A stretch of DNA of 64,000 nucleotides from an uncultured Bacilli bacterium (GTDB lineage: Bacteria > Bacillota_I > Bacilli_A > RF39 > UBA660), in the NCBI GenBank assembly GCA_947629165.1, contig CANRCR010000002.1, positions 4,845 through 68,844 of the forward strand. Reading direction: 5' to 3'. This document shows, one piece after another, positions 20,731 to 30,846 of this stretch. The position numbers and the translations under genes were made by a program. Below the pieces are notes generated by a model. It was not told the DNA's origin. It saw only the letters and a program-made list of their open reading frames with translations, and did not search any database. Numbering within the stretch: the stretch's first letter is position 1; each line of letters opens with the position of its first letter.

Positions 20731-21747
20731 ATGAAAATGGTAAAAGTAGCCATTAATGGTTTCGGAAGAATTGGACGACTCATCTTTCGTTTAATGGATC
20801 AAGATCCAGAAATGGAAGTAGTAGCCATCAACGATTTAACCGATGCAGAACAACTTGCTTATTTACTAAAATATGATACGAATCATCGCAATTACAAAGT
20901 TGATGAAATTTCGTTTGATAACGATGAAATAATCGTGTCAGGAAAAAGAATTAAAGTATATGCTTGTATGGATCCAAAAGATCTTCCATGGGGAGAACTT
21001 GGAGTCGACGTAGTAATGGAGTGTACCGGTAAATTTACCGATGTCGAAAAAGCCCATGCACATATTGAAGCGGGTGCTAAAAAAGTAATTATTTCGGCTC
21101 CTGCTAAAGGCGATGCTAAAACCATCGTTTATAATGTTAATGAAAAAACACTCGATGGAAGTGAGGCGATTATTTCGGCTGCTTCATGTACAACGAACTG
21201 TCTTGCCCCTGTTTTAAAGGTATTAAACGACACTTTCCAAGTAAAAAGAGGTTATATGACCACCGTGCATGCTTATACGAATGACCAAGCCACCTTGGAT
21301 GTTCCACACAAGAAAGGAATTAAAGCACGTCGTGGAAGAGCGGCGGCAGCCAATATTATCCCTGCCTCGACAGGAGCTGCTAAAGCAATTGGCGAAGTAC
21401 TTCCTGAATTAAAAGGAAAATTAGATGGAACGGCTATGCGTGTTCCAGTTCCAACTGGATCGGTAATTGATTTAACACTCGAACTCGGAAGACCAACAAC
21501 AGTAGAAGAAATTAATGCCGCTTTCCAACAACAAGTAAACGAAACATTAAAATTCACAATGGATCCGGTTGTTTCAAGTGATGTTATCGGTCTAAGTTGT
21601 GGTTCTTTAGTGGATGGATTATCGACAAGTGTACTTAACACAACAGAAGGCCAACTAGTGAAGGTCGTTGCGTGGTACGATAATGAAATGGGCTATTCTT
21701 GTCAAATGGTTAGAACCGCAAAATACTTAATGCAAATTGTGCGATAA
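20731..21747 (+). CDS. gap: Glyceraldehyde-3-phosphate dehydrogenase.
   Basis: NGFGRIGR NAD motif, active site SCTTNCLAP. Confidence 0.95.
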   Translation: MKMVKVAINGFGRIGRLIFRLMDQDPEMEVVAINDLTDAEQLAYLLKYDTNHRNYKVDEISFDNDEIIVSGKRIKVYACMDPKDLPWGELGVDVVMECTGKFTDVEKAHAHIEAGAKKVIISAPAKGDAKTIVYNVNEKTLDGSEAIISAASCTTNCLAPVLKVLNDTFQVKRGYMTTVHAYTNDQATLDVPHKKGIKARRGRAAAANIIPASTGAAKAIGEVLPELKGKLDGTAMRVPVPTGSVIDLTLELGRPTTVEEINAAFQQQVNETLKFTMDPVVSSDVIGLSCGSLVDGLSTSVLNTTEGQLVKVVAWYDNEMGYSCQMVRTAKYLMQIVR

Positions 21748-21781
21748 GCGATTGATAAAAGTTGACAATAAGAAAAAATAA

Positions 21782-21808
21782 AAACTATACATTTGGTATA
21801 GTTTTTGT
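21782..21808 (+). terminator. Intrinsic terminator after gap.
   Basis: AAACTATAC ATTTG GTATAGTTT followed by TTG. Confidence 0.6.
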
Positions 21809-21839
21809 TATACTTAATTTATCGTAAAGAGGTGGTAAA

Positions 21840-22292
21840 GTGGAAACTAGACCAAGAGAAAAATGTGGATCAACTTTTGTAATCGATAAAAAAAGAAATA
21901 AAATATTGTTGATTTATCACAAGAAATTTCAAAACTGGATTCAACCGGGTGGTCATTTAAAAGAAGGAGAAACACCACAACAAGGAGCAATTCGCGAAAC
22001 TTTTGAAGAGACGGGTGTAAAAGTTCGGTTGGTAAATGAAAATCCATTTATTATTGAAGAATATAATAATTTTGTAGGAAACTTAATCGATTATCAATTT
22101 TTAGCAGAACCGATTGAAGAAAATCCAGAACTTGTCAATAGTTCAGAAAGTTTTGCTGTTGATTGGTTTTCCCTAGAAGAACTAAAAGAAATTCCTGTTT
22201 TTCCAGATGTAAAGACAAAAGCAAGAATGTTCTTGATTCCTTTGTATAAATTAGCCGAGGGAACACAAGAAAATACCGAAGAGATTTTGTAG
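21840..22292 (+). CDS. NUDIX hydrolase.
   Basis: Nudix box GGHLKEGETPQQGAIRETFEETGV. GTG start with RBS AGAGGTGG. Confidence 0.8.
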   Translation: METRPREKCGSTFVIDKKRNKILLIYHKKFQNWIQPGGHLKEGETPQQGAIRETFEETGVKVRLVNENPFIIEEYNNFVGNLIDYQFLAEPIEENPELVNSSESFAVDWFSLEELKEIPVFPDVKTKARMFLIPLYKLAEGTQENTEEIL

Positions 22293-22352
22293 AATCTCTT
22301 TTTTCTTACGCTTTTTTTTGGTATAATGGAACTAAGATAGTGAGGGAAAAGA

Positions 22353-23537
22353 ATGAAAAGAACGATTAAAGATTTTGATTTAAAAGGAAAAAGAGTATTA
22401 ATTCGATGTGACTTTAATGTCCCTATTAAAGAGGGAAAAATAATCGATGATAATCGTATAAAAGAAAGTCTACAGACGATTAATTATGCGATAGAACAAG
22501 GAGCAAAAGTAATTATTTTCGCTCATCTTGGAAGAGTTAAAGAAGAAGCAGATTTAGCGAAAAATGATATGCGTATGGTAGCAGAACGCCTTAGTACTCT
22601 TTTAGGAAAAGAAATTAAATTTTCTCACAAGACAAGAGGAAAAGAATTAGAAGATGCGGTGGCAAAATTACAAGAACAAGAAGTTTTATTAGTTCAAAAT
22701 ACGCGATATGAAGATTTAGAAGGTAAAAAGGAAAGTAAGAACGATCCAGAACTGGCTACCTATTGGGCTAGTTTAGGAGATATTTATATTAACGATGCCT
22801 TTGGAACGGCACATCGTGCACACGCTTCCAACGTAGGACTTGCTTCTAAATTACCGAGTGGAGTTGGCTTCTTGATGGAAAAAGAACTTGATGCCTTCCG
22901 TATATTAGAAAATCCAGATCGACCTTATACCTTAATTTTAGGAGGAGCCAAAGTAGGTGATAAAATTGGCATTATCGAACATCTTGCTCCAATGGTAGAT
23001 CATATTTTAATTGGAGGAGGAATGGCCTTTACTTTCTTAAAAGCGAATGGAAAAGAAATTGGAAAATCACTTTTAGAAGAAGAGAGTGTTTCGTTCTGCA
23101 AAGATATGCTTACCAAATATGCCTCTAAAATTGTTCTTCCTACCGATTTCGATGTCACGACGGAATTTACGGAAGAAGCAAGTAATCATATAGCTTCAAT
23201 CGATCAAATAAATCCTACAGAAATGGGAATGGATATCGGTCCACAAACAATCGATCAATTTAATCAGATCTTAAGTAACTCTAAAACGATTTTATGGAAT
23301 GGACCTTTAGGTGTCTATGAAATGACGAAATATCAAACGGGTACGAAAAAGACTTTAGAAAATGCCGTTTTAAGTCAAGCAAAAGTAATTTTAGGAGGCG
23401 GAGATATTGTTGCCGCAGCCAGTGAACTAGGTTATAAAGATAAAGTGACGCATGCTTCGACGGGGGGAGGAGCAATGCTCGAATATTTAGAAGGAAAAGA
23501 ATTACCAGGACTTCAAGCCATTCCTGAGAAAGAATAA
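22353..23537 (+). CDS. pgk: Phosphoglycerate kinase.
   Basis: RCDFNVP N-terminal motif, AHRAHAS, C-terminal GGGA motifs; 394 aa. Confidence 0.95.
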   Translation: MKRTIKDFDLKGKRVLIRCDFNVPIKEGKIIDDNRIKESLQTINYAIEQGAKVIIFAHLGRVKEEADLAKNDMRMVAERLSTLLGKEIKFSHKTRGKELEDAVAKLQEQEVLLVQNTRYEDLEGKKESKNDPELATYWASLGDIYINDAFGTAHRAHASNVGLASKLPSGVGFLMEKELDAFRILENPDRPYTLILGGAKVGDKIGIIEHLAPMVDHILIGGGMAFTFLKANGKEIGKSLLEEESVSFCKDMLTKYASKIVLPTDFDVTTEFTEEASNHIASIDQINPTEMGMDIGPQTIDQFNQILSNSKTILWNGPLGVYEMTKYQTGTKKTLENAVLSQAKVILGGGDIVAAASELGYKDKVTHASTGGGAMLEYLEGKELPGLQAIPEKE

Positions 23538-23539
23538 CT

Positions 23540-23992
23540 ATGTTGGAAGTTCGAATCGCTTCTCATCTATCCACGACCGATCATTTAAATCTCAAAAATA
23601 CCCCTTTTAAAGAATTAGGAAAGTCGTTAGACCATTTTTTAACGAGTCCCTCTCTTCCTTACCAGGTAGAAGAATACCTCTTGTTTTTAAGAAAAGGTAA
23701 CCTCGTTGGCTATTCCTATTTAGAAGGAGAAAAAGATTTAAAAAACATGCGTGGTCTATACGAAGTAGACGCTACTGTTTCGATGGAAGAAGAAACGGAA
23801 GTCGTCGAAAAAAGTATACTTTATGCCCTCCATGATTTAGCCATGGTTGATTTTAGTTTTAATCTAAATGGAAAAATGGAACCCTTTCTTCGTGCTGCAG
23901 CCAATCAAAACTTTGATTTTTTAGTAGATAATGATATGATTGTCTATAGCAAGGAATTACCCTTCGAAAAAGAAGATAACAAACAATATTAA
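23540..23992 (+). CDS. Hypothetical protein (150 aa).
   Basis: ORF starts 3 nt after pgk stop; no recognisable motifs. Confidence 0.4.
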   Translation: MLEVRIASHLSTTDHLNLKNTPFKELGKSLDHFLTSPSLPYQVEEYLLFLRKGNLVGYSYLEGEKDLKNMRGLYEVDATVSMEEETEVVEKSILYALHDLAMVDFSFNLNGKMEPFLRAAANQNFDFLVDNDMIVYSKELPFEKEDNKQY

Positions 23993-24006
23993 AGGATTAG
24001 ATAATT

Positions 24007-25017
24007 ATGAAACAAGCAAAACGAAATGGACTCATATTAACACTCATTACATTATTAGTATTATATTTTGTCTTAAAAGATAACTTTGGAGCCGTTGTTG
24101 AAGAACTTCAAAAAGCGAACTTATTATGGATTGGAATTGCTGTTTTAATAACCGTAATTTACGTTATTTTTCAATCGCTTGGATTACATGCTATCATAAA
24201 AAATTATGAAAAAGATTACACTTATAAAAAGACACTTCAACTAACTTTAATTACGAACTTTTTTAATGGAATTACTCCTTTTGCAACCGGTGGACAACCG
24301 ATGCAAGTATATCTTTTAAAAAGAGATGGAATCCGTGTTAGTAGTGGAACAAATATTATTATGCAGAACTTTATTTTATATCAATTAGCTCTCGTTATAT
24401 TTGGACTTCTTGCCTTGGGTCTTAATTATTTCTTTCATATATTTGAAAATTTACCTGTATTAGGAGGACTCATCGCCGTAGGTTTTATTATCAATACCTT
24501 TATTATGATTGGACTTTTTATTATCAGCTTTGGAAAAAGATTTAACCAGTGGTTTATAAAGATTGCAATTAATATGTTAACGGGATTAAAAGTAGTAAAA
24601 GATAAAGAAGAGACACTTGCACGATGGAATGAACGTTTAGAAGTCTTTCATGAAGGGGCAGTCAACTTAGGAAAAAATAAAATGGTCTGCATCAAAGGGT
24701 TCCTTTTTCAATTCTTAAGTCTCTTTTGTCTTTATAGTCTACCATTCTTTATCTTTATGGCGTTAGGTGCTCTCAATGAAGTGAGTCTAGTTCGTTCTTT
24801 AGTAGCGTCTGCCTATATCATGTTAATTGGATCTTTTGTACCGATTCCAGGAGCATCCGGTGGAATCGAATATGGATTCTTACAGTTCTTTGGCACTTTT
24901 GTTAGTGGAGGAATCCTTTCGGCCGGACTACTTTTATGGCGCTTTATTTACTATTACTTCTGGATGATTGTAGGAGGTATTACCTTATCCCTTCGAAAGG
25001 AGGACCAAACACAATGA
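24007..25017 (+). CDS. UPF0104 / LPG-synthase-TM-like (flippase-like) integral membrane protein.
   Basis: Roughly 8 TM helices; motif NFFNGITPFATGGQPMQVYLL typical of the YbhN/UPF0104 family, which often pairs with glycolipid glycosyltransferases. Confidence 0.65.
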   Translation: MKQAKRNGLILTLITLLVLYFVLKDNFGAVVEELQKANLLWIGIAVLITVIYVIFQSLGLHAIIKNYEKDYTYKKTLQLTLITNFFNGITPFATGGQPMQVYLLKRDGIRVSSGTNIIMQNFILYQLALVIFGLLALGLNYFFHIFENLPVLGGLIAVGFIINTFIMIGLFIISFGKRFNQWFIKIAINMLTGLKVVKDKEETLARWNERLEVFHEGAVNLGKNKMVCIKGFLFQFLSLFCLYSLPFFIFMALGALNEVSLVRSLVASAYIMLIGSFVPIPGASGGIEYGFLQFFGTFVSGGILSAGLLLWRFIYYYFWMIVGGITLSLRKEDQTQ

Positions 25018-26243
25018 GAATTGGAATATTTACCGAGACCTATACCCCTTATATAAGTGGGTTAGTAACCAGTGAATTAATGTTAAAAAATGCTTTGGAA
25101 AAAATGGGACACGAGGTATATGTTGTGACAGCAAATCTCGAAAATTACCATTACGATTACGATGAAGAAGAACACGTTCTAAGGATTCCCGGTGTAAAAA
25201 CAGGTATCTATGATTCTCGTCTTACTTCGATTTATCCCATTCAAGCCATTAACAAAGTAAAAAGTTGGAATTTGGATGTCATCCATTCCCAAACCGAATT
25301 TGCGATTGGAACCTTTGCAAGAATTCTTGCCAAACAGTATCATATTCCGATCGTGCATACTTATCACACGATGTACGAAGACTATGTTCATTACATTACC
25401 AAAGGACATTTCAAGCGTTCCAGTAAAAAGTTAGTCGAATATTTAACTTTGTTCTATTGTGATAAAACGATTACAGAGTTGATTGTACCGACCAAAAAGG
25501 CCTATGACTTGTTTAAGGAAAAATACAATGTAGAACGAAATATTCATATTATTCCTACCGGAATTGAAGTAGAACGCTTTTACAAAGAGAATATCCCTCG
25601 AAAAGAAGTTGTTCGCTTAAAAAAACAATATCAAATTAATTCCGGTGATTATGTCGGAATCTTTGTTGGAAGATTAGCCGAAGAAAAGAATGTCGAGTTC
25701 CTACTTGAAATGATCCACAAAATGTATAAAAAACATCCGAATATGAAACTGTTAATCGTAGGAGATGGCCCGGATAAAGAAAAATACGAATCGATTTCAG
25801 AAAAGAATCATACAGAAAAAAATATCATCTTTACCGGAAAAGTAGCGTGGGAAGAAATACCGGTTTACTATCAGTTAGCCGATTACTTTATCACAGCATC
25901 CAAGACCGAAACACAAGGATTGACCGTAATCGAAGCGATGGCTGCAAGTCTTCCAGCGTTTTGTATTGACGACGAAAGTTTTCACTTAGTGGTAGTCGAT
26001 GGACTCGATGGAATCTTTTTTAACACCATCGAAGAAGCCATCGAAAAAGTCATCGATTTATCGGAACATAAAGATAAACAGAAACAACTTGCAAATCAGG
26101 CTCGAATTAAAGCTGATCGCTACAGTGCTCGTTACTTTGCCGAACAAGTATTAGATGTTTATAAAAGAGCCATTCAAACGAAAGAAAAGAATCAATCGAT
26201 TTTCCAAAAGATGTGGAAAAAAGTGAAAGGGGTGTTTCGATGA
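25014..26243 (+). CDS. GT4-family glycosyltransferase, diacylglycerol glycosyltransferase-like.
   Basis: N-terminus MRIGIFTETYTPYISG; C-terminal GT4 fold with Ex7E-type region (TETQGLTVIEAMAASLPA). ATG at 25014 has RBS GAAAGGAGGA 9 nt upstream. Confidence 0.8.
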   Translation: MRIGIFTETYTPYISGLVTSELMLKNALEKMGHEVYVVTANLENYHYDYDEEEHVLRIPGVKTGIYDSRLTSIYPIQAINKVKSWNLDVIHSQTEFAIGTFARILAKQYHIPIVHTYHTMYEDYVHYITKGHFKRSSKKLVEYLTLFYCDKTITELIVPTKKAYDLFKEKYNVERNIHIIPTGIEVERFYKENIPRKEVVRLKKQYQINSGDYVGIFVGRLAEEKNVEFLLEMIHKMYKKHPNMKLLIVGDGPDKEKYESISEKNHTEKNIIFTGKVAWEEIPVYYQLADYFITASKTETQGLTVIEAMAASLPAFCIDDESFHLVVVDGLDGIFFNTIEEAIEKVIDLSEHKDKQKQLANQARIKADRYSARYFAEQVLDVYKRAIQTKEKNQSIFQKMWKKVKGVFR

Positions 26244-26959
26244 AATTATTAGTAGCCAATCACAAGATGAATTTGACCAAAGAAGAAATCACCGCTTATC
26301 TAGATAAAATGCGAAACCATCTACCCGAAAAAGCCGAAGTAGTATTTTGTCCCTCTTTTCCCTATCTCGATTTATTTAAACGAGAAGGATATCAGATCGG
26401 AAGTCAAAATGTTGGCCTCATCGAAAAAGGTAGCCTGACGGGAGAAGTGAGTGCAAGTCAATTACGTAGTGTTGGCGTAACCTATGGAATTGTAGGTCAC
26501 TCTGAACGAAGACAAAAACTGAATGAGACGGACGAAATGATTCGCACCAAAATAGAATTACTCGAAAAAGAATCCATCACACCCATTCTCTGTATTGGAG
26601 AAACTTTAGAAGAACATCTTAATGGAAAGACTAACGAAGTACTCGAACGACAATTGAGTGAAGATTTAAAAAATCATTCCGAAGAAACACTTTCAAAAGT
26701 CGTTATTGCCTATGAACCAATTTGGGCAATCGGTACTGGAAAAATTCCTTCGAATGAAGAGATTTATCAGACAGTAGAGTTTATTCGTTCCGTATTGCAA
26801 AAACACTTCCATCAAACGACAAAAATATTATACGGGGGAAGTATTAATCAAGAGAATATTATAACTTTAGAAACAATCGAAAATCTCGATGGCTATCTCG
26901 TTGGAGGAGCGAGCCTTCATCCAGAAACATGGATATCATTAATAGACCATTTAAGGTAG
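26240..26959 (+). CDS. tpiA: Triosephosphate isomerase.
   Basis: N-terminus KLLVANHKMN; catalytic regions (GHSERR, AYEPIWAIGTG). ATG at 26240 overlaps the GT4 stop (ATGA). Confidence 0.9.
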   Translation: MKLLVANHKMNLTKEEITAYLDKMRNHLPEKAEVVFCPSFPYLDLFKREGYQIGSQNVGLIEKGSLTGEVSASQLRSVGVTYGIVGHSERRQKLNETDEMIRTKIELLEKESITPILCIGETLEEHLNGKTNEVLERQLSEDLKNHSEETLSKVVIAYEPIWAIGTGKIPSNEEIYQTVEFIRSVLQKHFHQTTKILYGGSINQENIITLETIENLDGYLVGGASLHPETWISLIDHLR

Positions 26960-26968
26960 GTGAAAGAT

Positions 26969-27130
26969 ATGATTTTAGATTTTATGGAAGACCTAAATCG
27001 CGAATGGAACCATCTTCAATACTGGTTTGAACAACATTACGATGATCCCCTTCTTTGGACTGGAATTGTAGTAGCAGTTGTTCTATTTATGGCCATTTGT
27101 GCTTCTTATTTAGGAAAAGATAACAAATAA
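26969..27130 (+). CDS. Small membrane protein, 53 aa (not in supplied ORF track, which omits ORFs below 60 aa).
   Basis: ATG with strong RBS AGGTAGGTGAAAG. One TM helix GIVVAVVLFMAICASYL; followed directly by an intrinsic terminator. Confidence 0.4.
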   Translation: MILDFMEDLNREWNHLQYWFEQHYDDPLLWTGIVVAVVLFMAICASYLGKDNK

Positions 27131-27159
27131 AGAAAGAATTGAACCGCTTTCTTTTTTTT
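27129..27159 (+). terminator. Intrinsic terminator ending the gap-pgk-tpiA region.
   Basis: AAAGAAAG ... CTTTCTTT stem followed by TTTTTTG. Confidence 0.7.
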
Positions 27160-27191
27160 GCTATAATAAAAAAATTGAAAGAAGGGATAAG

Positions 27192-28007
27192 ATGGCCTCT
27201 TTTGTAATCCATCACATCGTAGGAGAAAATTTCCTAACATTATTAGATAAAAAATTAGAAATTACTTTAAATCCTATCGAACAAAAACAATTTTTATTAG
27301 GAAACCTAGTGGTTGATTCAACACGTATCTCAAAAGAAATACCAGATAATTTAGATTCCTTTGAAAAACAACAATTAAAAAGAAAAATTGCTTTGGCAAT
27401 TCAAGAAGAAAAAATAAAGACACACTTTCGGAATCCGAACACGGTAGATCAAACGATTCAAGCACCGATTCCAAATCGATTTATTCATAAGTACTACGAT
27501 CTTTTTGATCATAATCCTGCAGTACTAGGATATCTCGTTCATCTTTATACCGATAAATACTTTTTTGATGATCTTTTTAGAGCGACCTTTGAAATGGTCG
27601 ATCGGAATAATAACCCAGTAATATACGATCGGGAGGTCGATCACATTCATATATATAAAACCGGTGAAAATCAGTCACCAAAAAAGTTTTGGAGTGACCG
27701 AGGGATGTATCGGGATTATACCCTTATGAATCATTATTTACTTGACTGCTTCCATACGAAGTTTGATGAGCAAGATCTAATGAAAGCAACTACTTACTTT
27801 CATAATCCTGGAATCGAAGAAGTAGATTTTGAAAACATTGGCCAAGTACTTCATGAAACTGCTTCCTATATACAAGAAAGCAATCAAATGAAAGATGCCA
27901 AACTCCGTATCTTTGATGAAGAAAAGATTCGATCTTTCGTTCCGACCGTATTAAGTCAATTTGTAGATTTATATCCAGATTTAATAGAGAAGACCTTAAT
28001 AAGATAA
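27192..28007 (+). CDS. Hypothetical His-rich protein, possible metal-dependent hydrolase.
   Basis: N-terminus MASFVIHHIVGE; several HxxH/D motifs; 271 aa. Confidence 0.4.
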   Translation: MASFVIHHIVGENFLTLLDKKLEITLNPIEQKQFLLGNLVVDSTRISKEIPDNLDSFEKQQLKRKIALAIQEEKIKTHFRNPNTVDQTIQAPIPNRFIHKYYDLFDHNPAVLGYLVHLYTDKYFFDDLFRATFEMVDRNNNPVIYDREVDHIHIYKTGENQSPKKFWSDRGMYRDYTLMNHYLLDCFHTKFDEQDLMKATTYFHNPGIEEVDFENIGQVLHETASYIQESNQMKDAKLRIFDEEKIRSFVPTVLSQFVDLYPDLIEKTLIR

Positions 28008-28019
28008 GGTCTTTTTTTT
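27991..28019 (+). terminator. Intrinsic terminator.
   Basis: AGACCTTA ATAAGA TAAGGTCT followed by TTTTTTTT. Confidence 0.7.
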
Positions 28020-28065
28020 AAAATAATTGACAAAAAAAGAGATTATTATAAAATAATAAAATATC

Positions 28066-28094
28066 TTGACAAGAGAAGACTTATAGTATAAAAT
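28066..28094 (+). promoter_or_regulatory. Sigma-A-type promoter of the ATPase operon.
   Basis: TTGACA (28066-28071), 17 nt spacer, TAAAAT (28089-28094), about 40 nt upstream of the ATG at 28135. Confidence 0.55.
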
Positions 28095-28134
28095 ACTATT
28101 TGTTTGGTAAGAGCATAGAAAGAAGGGAACGGTC

Positions 28135-29922
28135 ATGAATAATACCATCGTTCGAGATTTCTTCAAAAATGCGATTGAAGAATGTAAAAAGAGTGTTATT
28201 TGTAAAATTCCTTACTCGAAGACGAATCCCATTATTGAAATTCAAGAAGAAGCTTTTTATGATTGGGAAAGTTGTGAATATGTAGTAATTCCTCCAACCG
28301 TACATAAAATTGCTCCGAATGCTTTTCATTGGGACAAGATAAAACTTATTATTTCGGAAACACCACTTCCAAAAGAATATAAAGGAATCGTGCTTCCTTA
28401 TTCCGAATACAGTCAAGCAATTTTAAATATGTTACAACAAATGGAAACAGTAGATCGTAAGATCGACATCCATAGTGAAGATTTAAATCGAAGAAGAGAA
28501 GAGATAAATAATCATATTAATGAAATACTTCAAGCCATGGCCGAAAAAGAACAAGACCTAACTGGAAAAGAACAAGATTTACAAGAATTAGTTCAAAAAT
28601 TAAATGTGGTTCTAGAACAGAGTCAAGGACTTTCGGATACGTTATTAAATCAAATTGAAAAAGAGACGAGTGATCGAATTCAAACAACTTTAAAAGTATT
28701 AGATGAGCACGATCAAAAAGTAAAGGATCAAATAAAAACCATCGAAATGACTGCTCGTCAAGGAACTGCTTCGATGGAAGAAGCTTATCACCAAGCCCAA
28801 AAAGGAATTGAACACTTAACGGATGAGACCATTCGCCGGGTTACCAAAACAATACAAGAAAAACAACGCGAAGCCAAAGAGATAAAACAAAAACTTTCCG
28901 ATATGCTCGATCAATTAAGTGTCCGTGAAGAGGAACTTACCGAAGCCGTTGTCGATCGTGCTGTAGACCGAGTTCGGGAAGAAAATCCTTATAAAAATAT
29001 CAATATATATATCAATAACGTTATTCAAGGAACGGCCCATCGTAAACTAGTTCATAAAAGTTTCGAAAGCGTTGTAAAAATTTTGGGACTTCATCTTCAT
29101 CCTTTGTTAGTAGGACCCGCTGGATGTGGTAAAAACGTTATGCTCGAACAAGCTTCGGAAGCTTTAGGACTCAAGTTCCATTACGTAAACGACGTTACCG
29201 AAGAACATAAGGTAATGGGTTTCGTAGATGCAAATGGAAAATTTCAGAAAACACAGTTCTTTCAAGCTTTCACCGAAGGTGGACTCATGATGATTGATGA
29301 AATTGATAACTCGCATCCTTCGGCATTATTAGCTATAAATGCAGCTTTAGGAACCGGTTTCAACCAATATTTAGCATTCCCGGATGGTAAACTTTATCCA
29401 TGTCATAAAGACTTCTATTGTGCGGCTGCTGCAAACACGTACGGAACGGGATCCGATATGATTTACTGTGGAAGAAGTGCTTTGGATGGAGCAAGTCTTA
29501 ACCGGTTCGTTCCTATTTTTATCGACTACGACAGAGACTTAGAAGAACACCTCGTTCGTAATACCAAGATTTTACCCCTTTACTGGCAAGTAAGATCATC
29601 GATTCAAAAAAATAAGATTCGACACGTTATTTCTACTCGTAACATCGTTAATGCTGACAAAATGATATCGAGTGATAATTTTAGTACGGGCCAAATCTTT
29701 GATATGACAATTATTCAAAGTTTAACAGACGACGATTTAAGAATCATCTTAAATGATATTGTAAAAGGACCAAGTGACCCTGTTATATCGAGTTTTATCA
29801 ACTATCTTCAAACGAACAAAGGAATTTCTTATAAGGAGTATAGCGAAAATAATTACAGTCAAGGAAGACAAAAAACATATTCTTCTGGCTATGGTTACTC
29901 TCCTTATTCGGAAGATTATTAG
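28135..29922 (+). CDS. AAA_5-family ATPase with N-terminal BspA-type LRR unit and ~200-aa coiled coil.
   Basis: Walker A LVGPAGCGKN; Walker B LMMIDEID; sensor-2-like RSALDGASLNRF. N-terminus IEIQEEAFYDWESCEYVVIPPTVHKIAPNAFH matches the LRR_5 repeat consensus. Residues ~95-290 are heptad-rich. Confidence 0.8.
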   Translation: MNNTIVRDFFKNAIEECKKSVICKIPYSKTNPIIEIQEEAFYDWESCEYVVIPPTVHKIAPNAFHWDKIKLIISETPLPKEYKGIVLPYSEYSQAILNMLQQMETVDRKIDIHSEDLNRRREEINNHINEILQAMAEKEQDLTGKEQDLQELVQKLNVVLEQSQGLSDTLLNQIEKETSDRIQTTLKVLDEHDQKVKDQIKTIEMTARQGTASMEEAYHQAQKGIEHLTDETIRRVTKTIQEKQREAKEIKQKLSDMLDQLSVREEELTEAVVDRAVDRVREENPYKNINIYINNVIQGTAHRKLVHKSFESVVKILGLHLHPLLVGPAGCGKNVMLEQASEALGLKFHYVNDVTEEHKVMGFVDANGKFQKTQFFQAFTEGGLMMIDEIDNSHPSALLAINAALGTGFNQYLAFPDGKLYPCHKDFYCAAAANTYGTGSDMIYCGRSALDGASLNRFVPIFIDYDRDLEEHLVRNTKILPLYWQVRSSIQKNKIRHVISTRNIVNADKMISSDNFSTGQIFDMTIIQSLTDDDLRIILNDIVKGPSDPVISSFINYLQTNKGISYKEYSENNYSQGRQKTYSSGYGYSPYSEDY

Positions 29923-29930
29923 GTGATATC

Positions 29931-30830
29931 ATGTATCAAGATGTAGAAAGATATCGTTACAAGGACGACTTAGTTTATGTCAAAAAATTTCAAAATTTAG
30001 ACCAATTTTTAGTAGAAGTAAGAGATAATCGTAATCTAAATCCCATCTTTCAATCGGAACAAAGTACGAACGGAGATGCTTCTTTTACCGAAACAAAGAC
30101 GTACGAAGAAGCTTGGAACTTATGTCGTTTTACCATGAACCAAGGCTTTGACCGATTTTATCAAAAGTTTTGTTCCCTCAATTATAAGATGGATTATCAA
30201 GAGAAAAAAATCGATATATTTAATGTGACCGGGTATGTTCCAAATGTACCGCGTTACTTATTAGGAATTCCTACTTGTATGCATAGTTACCGATTAGAAA
30301 AGAAAGAGGAAACCGTCAGTATTTATATGAATATGGCCTATTCTTGCTATCAAAACAAAGAACAGATTGAAAATCGTGGTATCCTAGTACTCAATTTGAT
30401 CGAATATTTAGAGAAACAAGGATATCATGTCAATCTTTTCACTTACGACTTTGGTACCTGTGACAACGAAAAAATATTGATGATTGTTCCGCTTAAAACG
30501 AAAGATGAAAAGTTAAACATTAAAAAGACGTATTTTCCACTTGTACATCCATCGTTTTTACGAAGACTTCTATTTCGAGCTCAAGAAAAAATGCCGGTAC
30601 AAAGAAAAATGTGGGCATATGGATATGGATCTCCAGTAGAATATGAGGAAGCAGTCAAGTTCTTTGATCAATATCATCGTGAATTTGATAAAGAAAAAGT
30701 CATCTATATTTCGACCCCTAACGAAATGGGAATTAAAGGACAAAACCTCGAAGAAGATTTCGACCATTTCTTAGAAACGATTAATCGAAATTATCAAAGC
30801 CATGAAAAAGCAAAACAAAAAATTAAGTAA
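29931..30830 (+). CDS. Hypothetical protein, partner of the AAA_5 ATPase; paralog of 602..1555.
   Basis: Begins 9 nt after the ATPase stop; sequence blocks shared with the 602..1555 product. Confidence 0.55.
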   Translation: MYQDVERYRYKDDLVYVKKFQNLDQFLVEVRDNRNLNPIFQSEQSTNGDASFTETKTYEEAWNLCRFTMNQGFDRFYQKFCSLNYKMDYQEKKIDIFNVTGYVPNVPRYLLGIPTCMHSYRLEKKEETVSIYMNMAYSCYQNKEQIENRGILVLNLIEYLEKQGYHVNLFTYDFGTCDNEKILMIVPLKTKDEKLNIKKTYFPLVHPSFLRRLLFRAQEKMPVQRKMWAYGYGSPVEYEEAVKFFDQYHREFDKEKVIYISTPNEMGIKGQNLEEDFDHFLETINRNYQSHEKAKQKIK

Positions 30831-30846
30831 AAAAGGAGAAATTGAT

